From NCBI GenBank assembly GCA_944372415.1, contig CALVZA010000001.1:512-64511 (forward strand): a DNA stretch of 64,000 bases, read 5' to 3'. This stretch comes from an uncultured Bacilli bacterium. Lineage in GTDB: Bacteria > Bacillota_I > Bacilli_A > RF39 > UBA660. This document shows, piece by piece, positions 9,272 through 17,663 of the stretch (positions are counted from its first letter, which is position 1; each line of letters starts with the position of its first letter). Under the pieces are notes generated by a model. The model was not told the DNA's origin, ran no database searches, and saw nothing but the letters and a program-made list of their open reading frames with translations. The position numbers and the translations under genes are program-made.

Positions 9272-10153
9272 ATGAAGAGTGGATTTGTAAGTATTATAGG
9301 TAGACCTAATACTGGTAAAAGTACACTACTAAATACTATTATAAACAATAAAGTTGCTATAGTTAGTGATGTAGCAGGAACTACTAGAAATTCAATACAC
9401 GGAGTTTATAATGATAAAGATACACAAATAGTATTTGTTGATACTCCAGGTATACATAAACCAGTAGATAAGTTAGGTAGAGAACTTAATAAAGAAGCCT
9501 ATAGTAATTTAGAAGATATAGATTTAATATTATTTACAGTTGATGCCTCAACTGGTATTGGTAAAGGAGATAAATTTATTATTAATGCATTAAAAAATAA
9601 TACTATACCAGTTATATTAATATTAAATAAAATAGACAAATTAAATAATGAAGGTATCATGAATGCTATTAATAGTTATAAAGACCTGTATGATTTTGCA
9701 GAAATTATTCCCGTATCAGCATTAAAAAACGATAATATAGATAGACTTATAAAAGTTATAAAAAATTATATAAATGATAACGTAAAATATTATGATGACG
9801 GAGTTTTAACAAATGCTAGTAAATACTTCTTAGCAAGTGAATTTGTAAGAGAAAAAATATTAGAATTAACTAATGAAGAAGTTCCCCATGCAGTTACTTG
9901 TGTTACAACAAAATATCAAGAAAAATCTAATATAATTACTATTAACATAGATATAATAGTATCTCGTGCATCATTAAAAAAAATAATAATTGGTAAGGGT
10001 GGAAAAATGTTAAAAGAAATAGGCTCACGTGCAAGAGTTGATTTAGAAAACACATTAGGAAAACCAATATATTTAGAATTATATGTAAAAACTATCGAAA
10101 ATTGGCGAGATAAAGAAAAATACTTAAAAGAATTTGGTATAAAAGATGCATAA
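9272..10153 (+). CDS. era: GTPase Era
   Basis: GRPNTGKST (G1), DTPG (G3), NKID (G4), and a C-terminal KH domain (IIGKGGKMLKEIG). Confidence 0.95.
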   Translation: MKSGFVSIIGRPNTGKSTLLNTIINNKVAIVSDVAGTTRNSIHGVYNDKDTQIVFVDTPGIHKPVDKLGRELNKEAYSNLEDIDLILFTVDASTGIGKGDKFIINALKNNTIPVILILNKIDKLNNEGIMNAINSYKDLYDFAEIIPVSALKNDNIDRLIKVIKNYINDNVKYYDDGVLTNASKYFLASEFVREKILELTNEEVPHAVTCVTTKYQEKSNIITINIDIIVSRASLKKIIIGKGGKMLKEIGSRARVDLENTLGKPIYLELYVKTIENWRDKEKYLKEFGIKDA

Positions 10154-10961
10154 AAAAGAAACTTACTTAAAATTTTACATAGATTCTAAAGGTAATATAG
10201 ATTTAATAAATAAATTTATAAAAAAAGAAAATATTACACTAAATGAATTTAATGATGTAGTAACAGATTACTTAAAAGAATTAGAAAAAGCAAAAAAAAA
10301 TAAAGATAAAGTAAATAAACTTTATTTAGAATATTGTTTAAAGTATGGAAAAAATATAAATAAAGAAAATAAAAAAATTAGCAAAAGAAAAGAAACAGAA
10401 ACTATTATTAACATAATTAATAACTATATAAAAGAAGATAAACATAATATAAAAGAATATGTGTCACTTAGTAACATAACTTATACCGACTTTAAAAAAT
10501 TTATAAATAACTATAAAAATTATTATTTAAATAATATAGAAAAAGATATACTAAAAGAATTTTTTAAAAGAGAAAATAACTTTAATAAAGATAACTTAGA
10601 AAAAGTAACTAAAGTTGTAGATAAAATAAGTGATGACTTAGTAAATGATAAACCATTTGATATATATAATTACTATGTTGAACTGGGTTGGGATTCTAAA
10701 TTGCTTATATATTATTTAAATAATAATAAAGATAAATTTTCTAACTTTGTTATTGATAACGTAAAACTATATCTAAAAAAATATAACTTTAACGATAAAA
10801 AATATAAATTAAATGAATTTATAACTTATATAAAAGATAATGATAAAAATATAACAACTAACCAAATAGAAACTATAATAAACTATATGAACGAAAATAA
10901 AATGCCATATAATTATTACTTATTTAAAAGTATAAAAAAAATATTAAATAATAATGAATAA
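10146..10961 (+). CDS. hypothetical Lys/Asn-rich soluble protein
   Basis: 271 aa ORF overlapping the era stop. No TM segment or motif recognised. No counterpart in the B. subtilis era-yqzL-recO block. Confidence 0.4.
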   Translation: MHKKETYLKFYIDSKGNIDLINKFIKKENITLNEFNDVVTDYLKELEKAKKNKDKVNKLYLEYCLKYGKNINKENKKISKRKETETIINIINNYIKEDKHNIKEYVSLSNITYTDFKKFINNYKNYYLNNIEKDILKEFFKRENNFNKDNLEKVTKVVDKISDDLVNDKPFDIYNYYVELGWDSKLLIYYLNNNKDKFSNFVIDNVKLYLKKYNFNDKKYKLNEFITYIKDNDKNITTNQIETIINYMNENKMPYNYYLFKSIKKILNNNE

Positions 10962-11013
10962 AAGAAATTTTTTAATACCATTATATCTATGAGAATAAGA
11001 AAGGGTGTTAAAA

Positions 11014-11091
11014 ATGACAAAAAAAGAATTATGGGAATTATTTAAAAAAACTGGTAAAATAGAATATTATTTAGAATATAAAAAGAAATGA
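11014..11091 (+). CDS. yqzL: YqzL-like micro-protein (25 aa)
   Basis: Not in the ORF track. MTKKELWELFKKTGKIEYYLEYKKK behind AAGGGTG. Resembles the YqzL family (..W.LF..TG.I..YL..K) and sits at the conserved era/recO position. Confidence 0.6.
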   Translation: MTKKELWELFKKTGKIEYYLEYKKK

Positions 11092-11243
11092 AAAAAATGT
11101 AATTCAAGAATTAATTAGATAAATAGTAATAAAACACATGAAAAATATTATTAATTCAGTAATGTTATGGTAAAAAGCAATTAAAAATATAGTATAATAT
11201 GTATAGATTTTATTTACAAGTATAAAGAAGGGGGGATGAATAG

Positions 11244-12098
11244 ATGAAAGAAAATTCCGATAAATATTCTAGTAAAAATTTTGAAGATATAAAAAATATT
11301 GATGATTATGGAAATGAATATTGGTTTGCAAGAGATTTGCAAAAAGTATTAGAATATAAAGATTGGAGAAATTTTAAAAAAGTTATTGATAAGGCGATTA
11401 TATCTGCAAATAATAGTATTTCTAATAAAGAAGATTGGCTTGTTGAGGTTAACAAGCCAATAAAAACTGGAAAAGGCAAAGAAGAAATTATTAAAGATTA
11501 TAAACTTTCAAGATATATATGCTATTTAATAGTACAAAATGCAGATCCTAGTAAAGAAGTTGTAGCCTTAGGACAAACATATTTTGCTATACAAACAAGA
11601 AAACAAGAGGTAACAGAACAAGAATATGATTCCTTATCAGATGATGAAAAAAGATTTTATCAAAGAAAATTAACTAGATATGGTAATTATACTTTACAAA
11701 AGATTGCTTCTTCTGCTGGTGTTAAAAATATGGCTGAATTTCATAATGCTGGGTATAAAGGATTATATAATGGTGAAACTGCTGATGATATTTTTAAAAG
11801 AAAAGAATTGCGTTATAGAGAAGACATTCTAGATAATATGAATGAAGATGAATTGGTTGCTAATTTATTTAGAATAAATCAAACTAAACAAAAATTAATA
11901 AAAGATAATATAAAAGGTGAAAAAGAAGCAAAAGATGTACATTACGAAGTTGGCAAAAAGGTGAGATGTGCAATTGCAGATATTGGTGGAACGATGCCAG
12001 AAGATATGCCAACTCCAAAGAAAAGTTTAAAAGAACTTGAACGAGACAAAAAACAATTAGAAAATAAAGCAAAAAAACTATTAGAAGAAGTTAAATAA
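11244..12098 (+). CDS. dinD: DNA-damage-inducible protein D
   Basis: Near full-length colinearity with E. coli DinD: YWFARDLQKVLEYKDWRNF, LSRYICYLIVQNADPSKEVVALGQTYFAIQTRKQE, GGTMPEDMPTP. Confidence 0.85.
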   Translation: MKENSDKYSSKNFEDIKNIDDYGNEYWFARDLQKVLEYKDWRNFKKVIDKAIISANNSISNKEDWLVEVNKPIKTGKGKEEIIKDYKLSRYICYLIVQNADPSKEVVALGQTYFAIQTRKQEVTEQEYDSLSDDEKRFYQRKLTRYGNYTLQKIASSAGVKNMAEFHNAGYKGLYNGETADDIFKRKELRYREDILDNMNEDELVANLFRINQTKQKLIKDNIKGEKEAKDVHYEVGKKVRCAIADIGGTMPEDMPTPKKSLKELERDKKQLENKAKKLLEEVK

Positions 12099-12110
12099 TA
12101 ATAAAAAGAA

Positions 12111-12851
12111 GTGATTAAATTGATAGAAGTAGAAGGTTTTATATTAAATGAAATATCATATGGTGATACTTCTAAAATAGTTAATATATTTACTAATAAA
12201 GGTGTCATAGGTTGTATAGCAAAAGGGGCTAAAAGTTTAAAAAGTAATTTAAGGGTTAATACCACAAAATTTACCTATGGTAAATTTTTAATTAATATAA
12301 AAAAAGATAAACTAAGTATATTAACAGAAGTAAGTATAATAAATGAATTAGTTAATATAAAAAAAGATTTATTACTAATTAGTTACTTAAGTTATATAGT
12401 AGAACTTACTAATCAAATAGTAAAACAAACTGATGAATACGAAGAATTATATAATTTATTTATTAATATAATATTAAAATTAAATGATAAATTAAATCCT
12501 AAAGTATTAATTAATATATATGAGATTAAAGTATTAGATTACCTAGGAGTAGGTATTAACTTTAATAGTTGTTCTAAATGTGGAAGTACAAAGAATATAA
12601 TTACTATTAATGGAGATATAGGTGGATATATTTGTTCTAATTGCTATACTAATGAAATAATATATGATTCTAAAACAATTAAAATGTTAAGATTATATTA
12701 TTTAATAGATGTTAGTACAATAAGTGAATTAAAAATAAGTAATAATGTTATAGAAAATATAAATAATTTTATAAACATATATTATGATAGATATACAGGA
12801 TTATATTTAAATAGTAAAAAGTTTTTAAAAGATTTAGATGGAATGTATTGA
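12111..12851 (+). CDS. recO: DNA repair protein RecO
   Basis: OB-fold N-terminus (EGFILNEISYGDTSKIV) and zinc finger CSKCGS...CSNC. Start could instead be TTG at 12120. Confidence 0.85.
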   Translation: MIKLIEVEGFILNEISYGDTSKIVNIFTNKGVIGCIAKGAKSLKSNLRVNTTKFTYGKFLINIKKDKLSILTEVSIINELVNIKKDLLLISYLSYIVELTNQIVKQTDEYEELYNLFINIILKLNDKLNPKVLINIYEIKVLDYLGVGINFNSCSKCGSTKNIITINGDIGGYICSNCYTNEIIYDSKTIKMLRLYYLIDVSTISELKISNNVIENINNFINIYYDRYTGLYLNSKKFLKDLDGMY

Positions 12852-12868
12852 ATTAAATACATTTTTTT
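12842..12868 (+). terminator. intrinsic terminator overlapping the recO stop
   Basis: aatgtatt/aatacatt stem plus a T run. Confidence 0.6.
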
Positions 12869-12876
12869 ATTATAAT
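12848..12876 (+). promoter_or_regulatory. sigma-A type promoter for the large TasA-like gene
   Basis: TTGAAT (12848-12853), 17-nt spacer, TATAAT (12871-12876). Confidence 0.5.
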
Positions 12877-12918
12877 TTTATTAAGGTAGAGAGTAATTAT
12901 TTGATAGGAGTTGAAATA

Positions 12919-15159
12919 ATGAGCAGGAAGCATAGAATAATAATAAGCATAACAGGAATATGTATAATAGCACTTATTCTATTAAGTTTAACATATGGTT
13001 ATTACTTAACAAATATAAAAGGAAATACAAATACAAAAAGTATAACTGCATCTACAGCTGATTTAAAATTAGTATATGGAGATGGTAGTGGAACACTTGC
13101 TCCAACTGGTGTAATTCAACCAGGAACTACAATAGGGACTAAAACATTTACAGTAACTAATGACGGAAATAGAACAGTAAGTGATTATGTAGTTGTATTA
13201 GAAAATGTTTATAATGAATTTTCTAGACCAGAAGATATAGTTTATACATTGACATGTACTTCTACAAGTGGAAACTGTAATGGAGTTAGTGAGGAAACTC
13301 AATTTCCAAGCGGTGGTGGTACAATAGATGATGGTGATGGTTTTGGAATAGTAGTAATCAATACAATAGAACCAGATGTAACTCATAACTATACTATAAC
13401 ATTAAAATACTTAGAACCAAATGTAGATCAAAGTGAAGATATGGGTAAAACTGTAACAGGTAAAATAAATATAAAAGATGCTCAAGACATAAATCCATAT
13501 AAGAATCAAGATGGAACATTAGCAAAGGCAATAATAGATAATGCAATAAATGTAACAAATGAAGAAAAAAATAACGGGCATGCAGTATTTAGAACAACAC
13601 CACTTACTAAACCAGCTGAAGAAACTACAATGTATTATAATGAAGGAACACCAGGAAGTGAAACAACAGCAAATTATCAAACAGTAAGAAATCCAACAAC
13701 AAGTTACTATTTTACGTATGGAGATACATTCACATTGTCAGGGTCTAGTCATACTATAAAAAATAATGATGGAAGTGCATTAAAAGCAGTAAAATATTCA
13801 ACTGGATATGCAACATTAAAAGGGAAATATATTGTAAGTTATAGTGGTAGTTCATCATCAACTCCAGTATCAGGCGCTAATAAAAAAACAATATATTATG
13901 TAGTAAATGCTACCTCAACACAACTTACTTATACAACTGTCTCTTCTGGATTAAAGCAAAATGAAAGATATATAACATATGGAGACAGTTATAAATTTAA
14001 TAAGAAAACAGGGAACTATGACATAATAAATAAAAGTGGTAGTGCATTAAAAACAGTAAAATATAAAGATAATATAAGTAAATTAGTAGGTAAATATATA
14101 GTTAGTACATCAGGTTCAACAAGTTCAACCCCAGTATCAGGAACTAATAGAAGCACAATATATCAAGTAACTTCTAACTCAACTGAATCACAAATTAAAT
14201 ATAAATCTATAACAAAATCTTCATCATCTTATAATAGTGCGGAAAATACATTAAGTATAACAAATGATGATTATGGAGTATCATACTACTATAGAGGAGG
14301 AGTAGAAGATAACTATGTAAACTTTGCAGGAATGTGTTGGAGAATAGTAAGAATAGAAGGAGACGGTTCTACAAAAATAATATTAGAAGACCAAGATAGT
14401 ACTTGTGCTACAAGTAATGGTAATTGGGTTATACCAACTACAACAGGAGGTACTACTAAAAAAGGAAATTTTGGGTTTACACAATATGCAGCAAATACAT
14501 TAACTGCAAGTGATGGTACAAAAAATTCAAGTACAAGATATTTAATGAACTATTTAAATGGTGGAACAAATAACGATAAATCAATGTCAACAGCATTTAA
14601 GAATTTTCAAACAGGGCCTTTATCAAGTTACTTATCTTATTTAAAAGCAGGAGACTGGTGCTTAAATGATAAAGCTTATGCAACCGGAAGAGATAATACA
14701 ACACCATTAAGTAATCAAGAAATGTTAGATAAACAAATTAAGGGTACAACGTTCTATTATGATTCATATGTTCGTTTAGATGGAAAAACACCAAAAGAAC
14801 CAACATTAAAATGTAATGGAACAAATATGAGTAAGTTTGCAGATAATATAGACATGTATGTAGGAACATTAACAGCAGACGAAATAGTATATGCAGGAGG
14901 AAAAGTATCTACTAGCAATTCAAATTTTTATTTAATAAATGATTATCAAAAATCAAATAGTTTATCCTTTTGGTCTTTGTCGCCTTACTACTTCTTCAGC
15001 AGCCACGATTACGCATTCTACGTGGACTTCAATGGGAATTTGAACGACATCAATGTGGGCTACGGCTACAACTCGTTCCGTCCCGCAGTTTTTCTGAAAT
15101 CTAATGTTCAAATAACTGGTGGAGATGGAACAAAGGCAAATGCCTACACAATAGGATAA
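12919..15159 (+). CDS. secreted 746-aa protein: TasA/camelysin-like N-terminal module with SipW-type signal, two ~87-aa tandem repeats, and a C-terminal lectin-like domain with a putative DGR variable region
   Basis: ATG at 12919 after TAGGAG; the ORF-track start at 12838 lies inside recO and its terminator. Signal/anchor ...ALILLSLTYGYY, then STADLKLVYG...IQPGTTIGTKTFTVTNDG. Repeats at 13705-13947 and 13966-14220. C-terminal CWRIVRIEG...FWSLSPYY...FRPAVFL. Confidence 0.65.
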   Translation: MSRKHRIIISITGICIIALILLSLTYGYYLTNIKGNTNTKSITASTADLKLVYGDGSGTLAPTGVIQPGTTIGTKTFTVTNDGNRTVSDYVVVLENVYNEFSRPEDIVYTLTCTSTSGNCNGVSEETQFPSGGGTIDDGDGFGIVVINTIEPDVTHNYTITLKYLEPNVDQSEDMGKTVTGKINIKDAQDINPYKNQDGTLAKAIIDNAINVTNEEKNNGHAVFRTTPLTKPAEETTMYYNEGTPGSETTANYQTVRNPTTSYYFTYGDTFTLSGSSHTIKNNDGSALKAVKYSTGYATLKGKYIVSYSGSSSSTPVSGANKKTIYYVVNATSTQLTYTTVSSGLKQNERYITYGDSYKFNKKTGNYDIINKSGSALKTVKYKDNISKLVGKYIVSTSGSTSSTPVSGTNRSTIYQVTSNSTESQIKYKSITKSSSSYNSAENTLSITNDDYGVSYYYRGGVEDNYVNFAGMCWRIVRIEGDGSTKIILEDQDSTCATSNGNWVIPTTTGGTTKKGNFGFTQYAANTLTASDGTKNSSTRYLMNYLNGGTNNDKSMSTAFKNFQTGPLSSYLSYLKAGDWCLNDKAYATGRDNTTPLSNQEMLDKQIKGTTFYYDSYVRLDGKTPKEPTLKCNGTNMSKFADNIDMYVGTLTADEIVYAGGKVSTSNSNFYLINDYQKSNSLSFWSLSPYYFFSSHDYAFYVDFNGNLNDINVGYGYNSFRPAVFLKSNVQITGGDGTKANAYTIG
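14977..15096 (+). other. adenine-depleted, NNC-codon block inside the CDS (candidate DGR variable region)
   Basis: About 50% GC and 25 A per 120 nt in an AT-rich gene. 22 of 40 codons are NNC and the intervening codons are A-free. Confidence 0.5.
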
Positions 15160-15166
15160 AAATAAA

Positions 15167-15189
15167 GATAAGAATTTTTAATTCTTATC
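15167..15189. other. perfect 10-bp hairpin (possible terminator of the 746-aa gene)
   Basis: gataagaatt/aattcttatc with a 3-nt loop. The A/T-rich flank is upstream rather than downstream on the + strand. Confidence 0.4.
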
Positions 15190-15215
15190 GTCCATGAACT
15201 GAAAACTGATTAGTT

Positions 15216-15241
15216 ATCCAGCGAAAACCCTTTCGCTGGAT
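15216..15241. other. GC-rich perfect 11-bp hairpin with a 4-nt loop
   Basis: atccagcgaaa-ACCC-tttcgctggat. Flanked by ATGAACT direct repeats (15194-15200 and 15240-15246). Confidence 0.4.
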
Positions 15242-15308
15242 GAACTATAAAATACGTTAAAACAGTATTAGCGTAAGCGAGAATATATAAATAATAAAAA
15301 AAAGAAGA

Positions 15309-15332
15309 CAAATGCATCGTTAGATGCATTTG
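15309..15332. other. perfect 10-bp hairpin with a 4-nt loop, preceded by an A run (reads as a minus-strand terminator)
   Basis: caaatgcatc-GTTA-gatgcatttg. An A-rich tract at 15291-15308 gives a T run on the minus strand. Confidence 0.4.
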
Positions 15333-15383
15333 CGGATTTTATGAAAAATTTATGTTATAACTTTAAATTAAATAGGTGATAGT

Positions 15384-16559
15384 ATGAAAAAAATAATATT
15401 GTTTATTTTGTTGTTATTTCCTATTAATGTATTTGCTATAAAAATAGATAGTTTAAGTGCTATAACAGTTAATAGAAATACAGATGAAATATTATATGAA
15501 AAAGATATTAATAAACAATTACCTATTGCTAGTCTTACTAAAATAATGACTACTATAGTATCTTTAGAAAATATAAAAGATTTAAACGAAACTATAACTA
15601 TTACTGATAATGATATTAATAATTTACTTGGTTATCAAACAATAGGACTTAAAGTTAATGATATAATTACTTATGAAGAATTGTTATATAGCACTATGAT
15701 GTATAGTGCTGCTGATAGTGCACAGGCACTATCAAATCACATATTTGATAACAAAGATAAATTTATAGATAAAATGAATGAATTAGCAAATAAAATAGAA
15801 ATGAATAATACCCATTTTTCTAATTCAGTAGGAAAGGATGAAAATAATTATTCAACTAGTTTTGATTTATATAAATTAATTGATTATGCGTTGAATAATA
15901 AAAATTTTTATAAAATATATACTACTAAAAATTATACTATTAAATCTTTAAATAAAACTATAAATAATAACGTTAATAATATTATAAAACAAAATAATTT
16001 AGAAAATAATAATATTAAAATAGATGGATATAAAGGTGGATATACTAATAAAAGTGGTTTATCTTTTAGTGGTATATCTAATATTGATAATAATGAAATT
16101 ATAGTTATTACTCTTAATGCTATTGATAATATAGATACTAATAAACATATAATAGATAGTTTAGAAATATTAAATTATATTAAAGATAATTATTCTAATA
16201 GAGTTATATTAGAGAGTAATAAGTTAGTAGATAATATTGTTTATAAAGATAATAAAAAAGAAAGAAATTATGAAATAAAATCAAATAGTACTATAAAATA
16301 TTTTTTAAAAAATGATATAAATTTAAATTATTTAAAAGTTTTTTATGAAGGTATTACTGTAATAGATAATAGTATTAAAGAAAATGATAAATTAGGAAGT
16401 ATTAAAATATTTTATGAAGACAAATTATTAAGTGAAGTTCCTGTCAAATTTAATAAAAAATATATAGTAAAAGAAACTAAAGATTATACAAATTTAATTA
16501 TATTTTTATGTATTTGTATTGTTGGTTTAATTGTATTTAAACCTAAGAGAAAACGTTAG
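15384..16559 (+). CDS. D-alanyl-D-alanine carboxypeptidase (peptidase S11, low-molecular-weight PBP)
   Basis: Signal peptide, SxxK motif in PIASLTKIMT, C-terminal TM anchor followed by KPKRKR. Confidence 0.8.
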   Translation: MKKIILFILLLFPINVFAIKIDSLSAITVNRNTDEILYEKDINKQLPIASLTKIMTTIVSLENIKDLNETITITDNDINNLLGYQTIGLKVNDIITYEELLYSTMMYSAADSAQALSNHIFDNKDKFIDKMNELANKIEMNNTHFSNSVGKDENNYSTSFDLYKLIDYALNNKNFYKIYTTKNYTIKSLNKTINNNVNNIIKQNNLENNNIKIDGYKGGYTNKSGLSFSGISNIDNNEIIVITLNAIDNIDTNKHIIDSLEILNYIKDNYSNRVILESNKLVDNIVYKDNKKERNYEIKSNSTIKYFLKNDINLNYLKVFYEGITVIDNSIKENDKLGSIKIFYEDKLLSEVPVKFNKKYIVKETKDYTNLIIFLCICIVGLIVFKPKRKR

Positions 16560-16611
16560 TTAATTATTATGTCGATGATGAAATAGTAGTATTTCAATGG
16601 AATAAAATAAA

Positions 16612-16638
16612 AAATTGATAATTAAATTTTATCAATTT
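16612..16638. terminator. bidirectional terminator between the convergent PBP gene and pta
   Basis: aaattgataa/ttatcaattt stem flanked by A and T runs. Confidence 0.6.
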
Positions 16639-17630
16639 TTATTTGCTTGATTACAAGTTATTGCAATTACTCCAACTATATCATCACTGTTACAACCTCT
16701 AGATAAATCATTAATTGGTTTTCTTATTCCTTGAGTAATTGGGCCATAAGCCTTAGCATTAGCCATTCTTTCAGTTATCTTATAAGCAATATTTCCAGCA
16801 TCTAAATCAGGGAATATTAGTATATTAGCATCTCCTTGAATAGCACTTATTGGAAATTTAGATTTAGTTACACTAGGTACTATTGCAGCATCTAATTGTA
16901 ATTCTCCATCTGCAATTATATTAGGATATTCAGTTTTAAATTTACTTACTGCATCTCTTACTTTACTTACGTCATCGCATTTGCTAGAACCATTAGTAGA
17001 GTGAGATAGAAATGCAATTTTAGGTATATCTCCAACTAGGTTTTCAAAAGTTTTACTTGATGAATAAGCGATACACACTAACTCATCACTAGTAGGATTT
17101 TGTATCATACCACAGTCAGAATAAATAAATATTCCGTTACTTCCTAAGTTTTTATTATCAAGTTCCATTAAGAAGAAAGATGAAACAACTTTTGAGTCAG
17201 GTGCAGTTTTTACTGTTTTTAAAGCAGCTCTTAAAACATCACTAGAAGAGTGTGTTGCACCAGCAACTAATCCATCTGCATAATCTAAGTACACTAACAT
17301 ACAACCAAAGTATAAGAAATCATTCAATATTGTATTTTTTGCCTCTTCGTAAGTTAAACCTTTAGATTTTCTTATTTCATAAAACTTATCTATTAATTCA
17401 TTAGTTAACTCACTTGTTTTAGGATTAATTATTTTGATTCCGTCAATATTTATATTATTTTTAAAACATAATTTATTAATATTAACAGGTTCTCCAACTA
17501 AAATAATATTAGCAAAATCTAGTTCTATTACTTTACTAGCAGCCTTTAGTGTTCTTATATCATCTGTTTCAACTAAACAAATAGTCTTTTTATTATTCTT
17601 TGCTTTTTCAATTAATTTATCTATTATCAT
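16632..17630 (-). CDS. pta: phosphate acetyltransferase
   Basis: 332 aa from the ATG preceded by AAGGTGA. Pta core motifs (LVAGATHSSSDVLRAAL, PINDLSRGCN). Confidence 0.9.
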   Translation of the reverse strand: MIIDKLIEKAKNNKKTICLVETDDIRTLKAASKVIELDFANIILVGEPVNINKLCFKNNINIDGIKIINPKTSELTNELIDKFYEIRKSKGLTYEEAKNTILNDFLYFGCMLVYLDYADGLVAGATHSSSDVLRAALKTVKTAPDSKVVSSFFLMELDNKNLGSNGIFIYSDCGMIQNPTSDELVCIAYSSSKTFENLVGDIPKIAFLSHSTNGSSKCDDVSKVRDAVSKFKTEYPNIIADGELQLDAAIVPSVTKSKFPISAIQGDANILIFPDLDAGNIAYKITERMANAKAYGPITQGIRKPINDLSRGCNSDDIVGVIAITCNQANKN

Positions 17631-17663
17631 TTTAATCACCTTTATAATTTTATCATATGTTAT

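Noticed and set aside
12838-12918. The N-terminal extension (MECIELNTFFYYNF...) of the large TasA-like ORF as given in the ORF track.
   Set aside because: The extension overlaps the recO stop, its terminator hairpin and a TTGAAT-17-TATAAT promoter. The ATG at 12919 has a TAGGAG RBS and starts a proper signal/anchor sequence.
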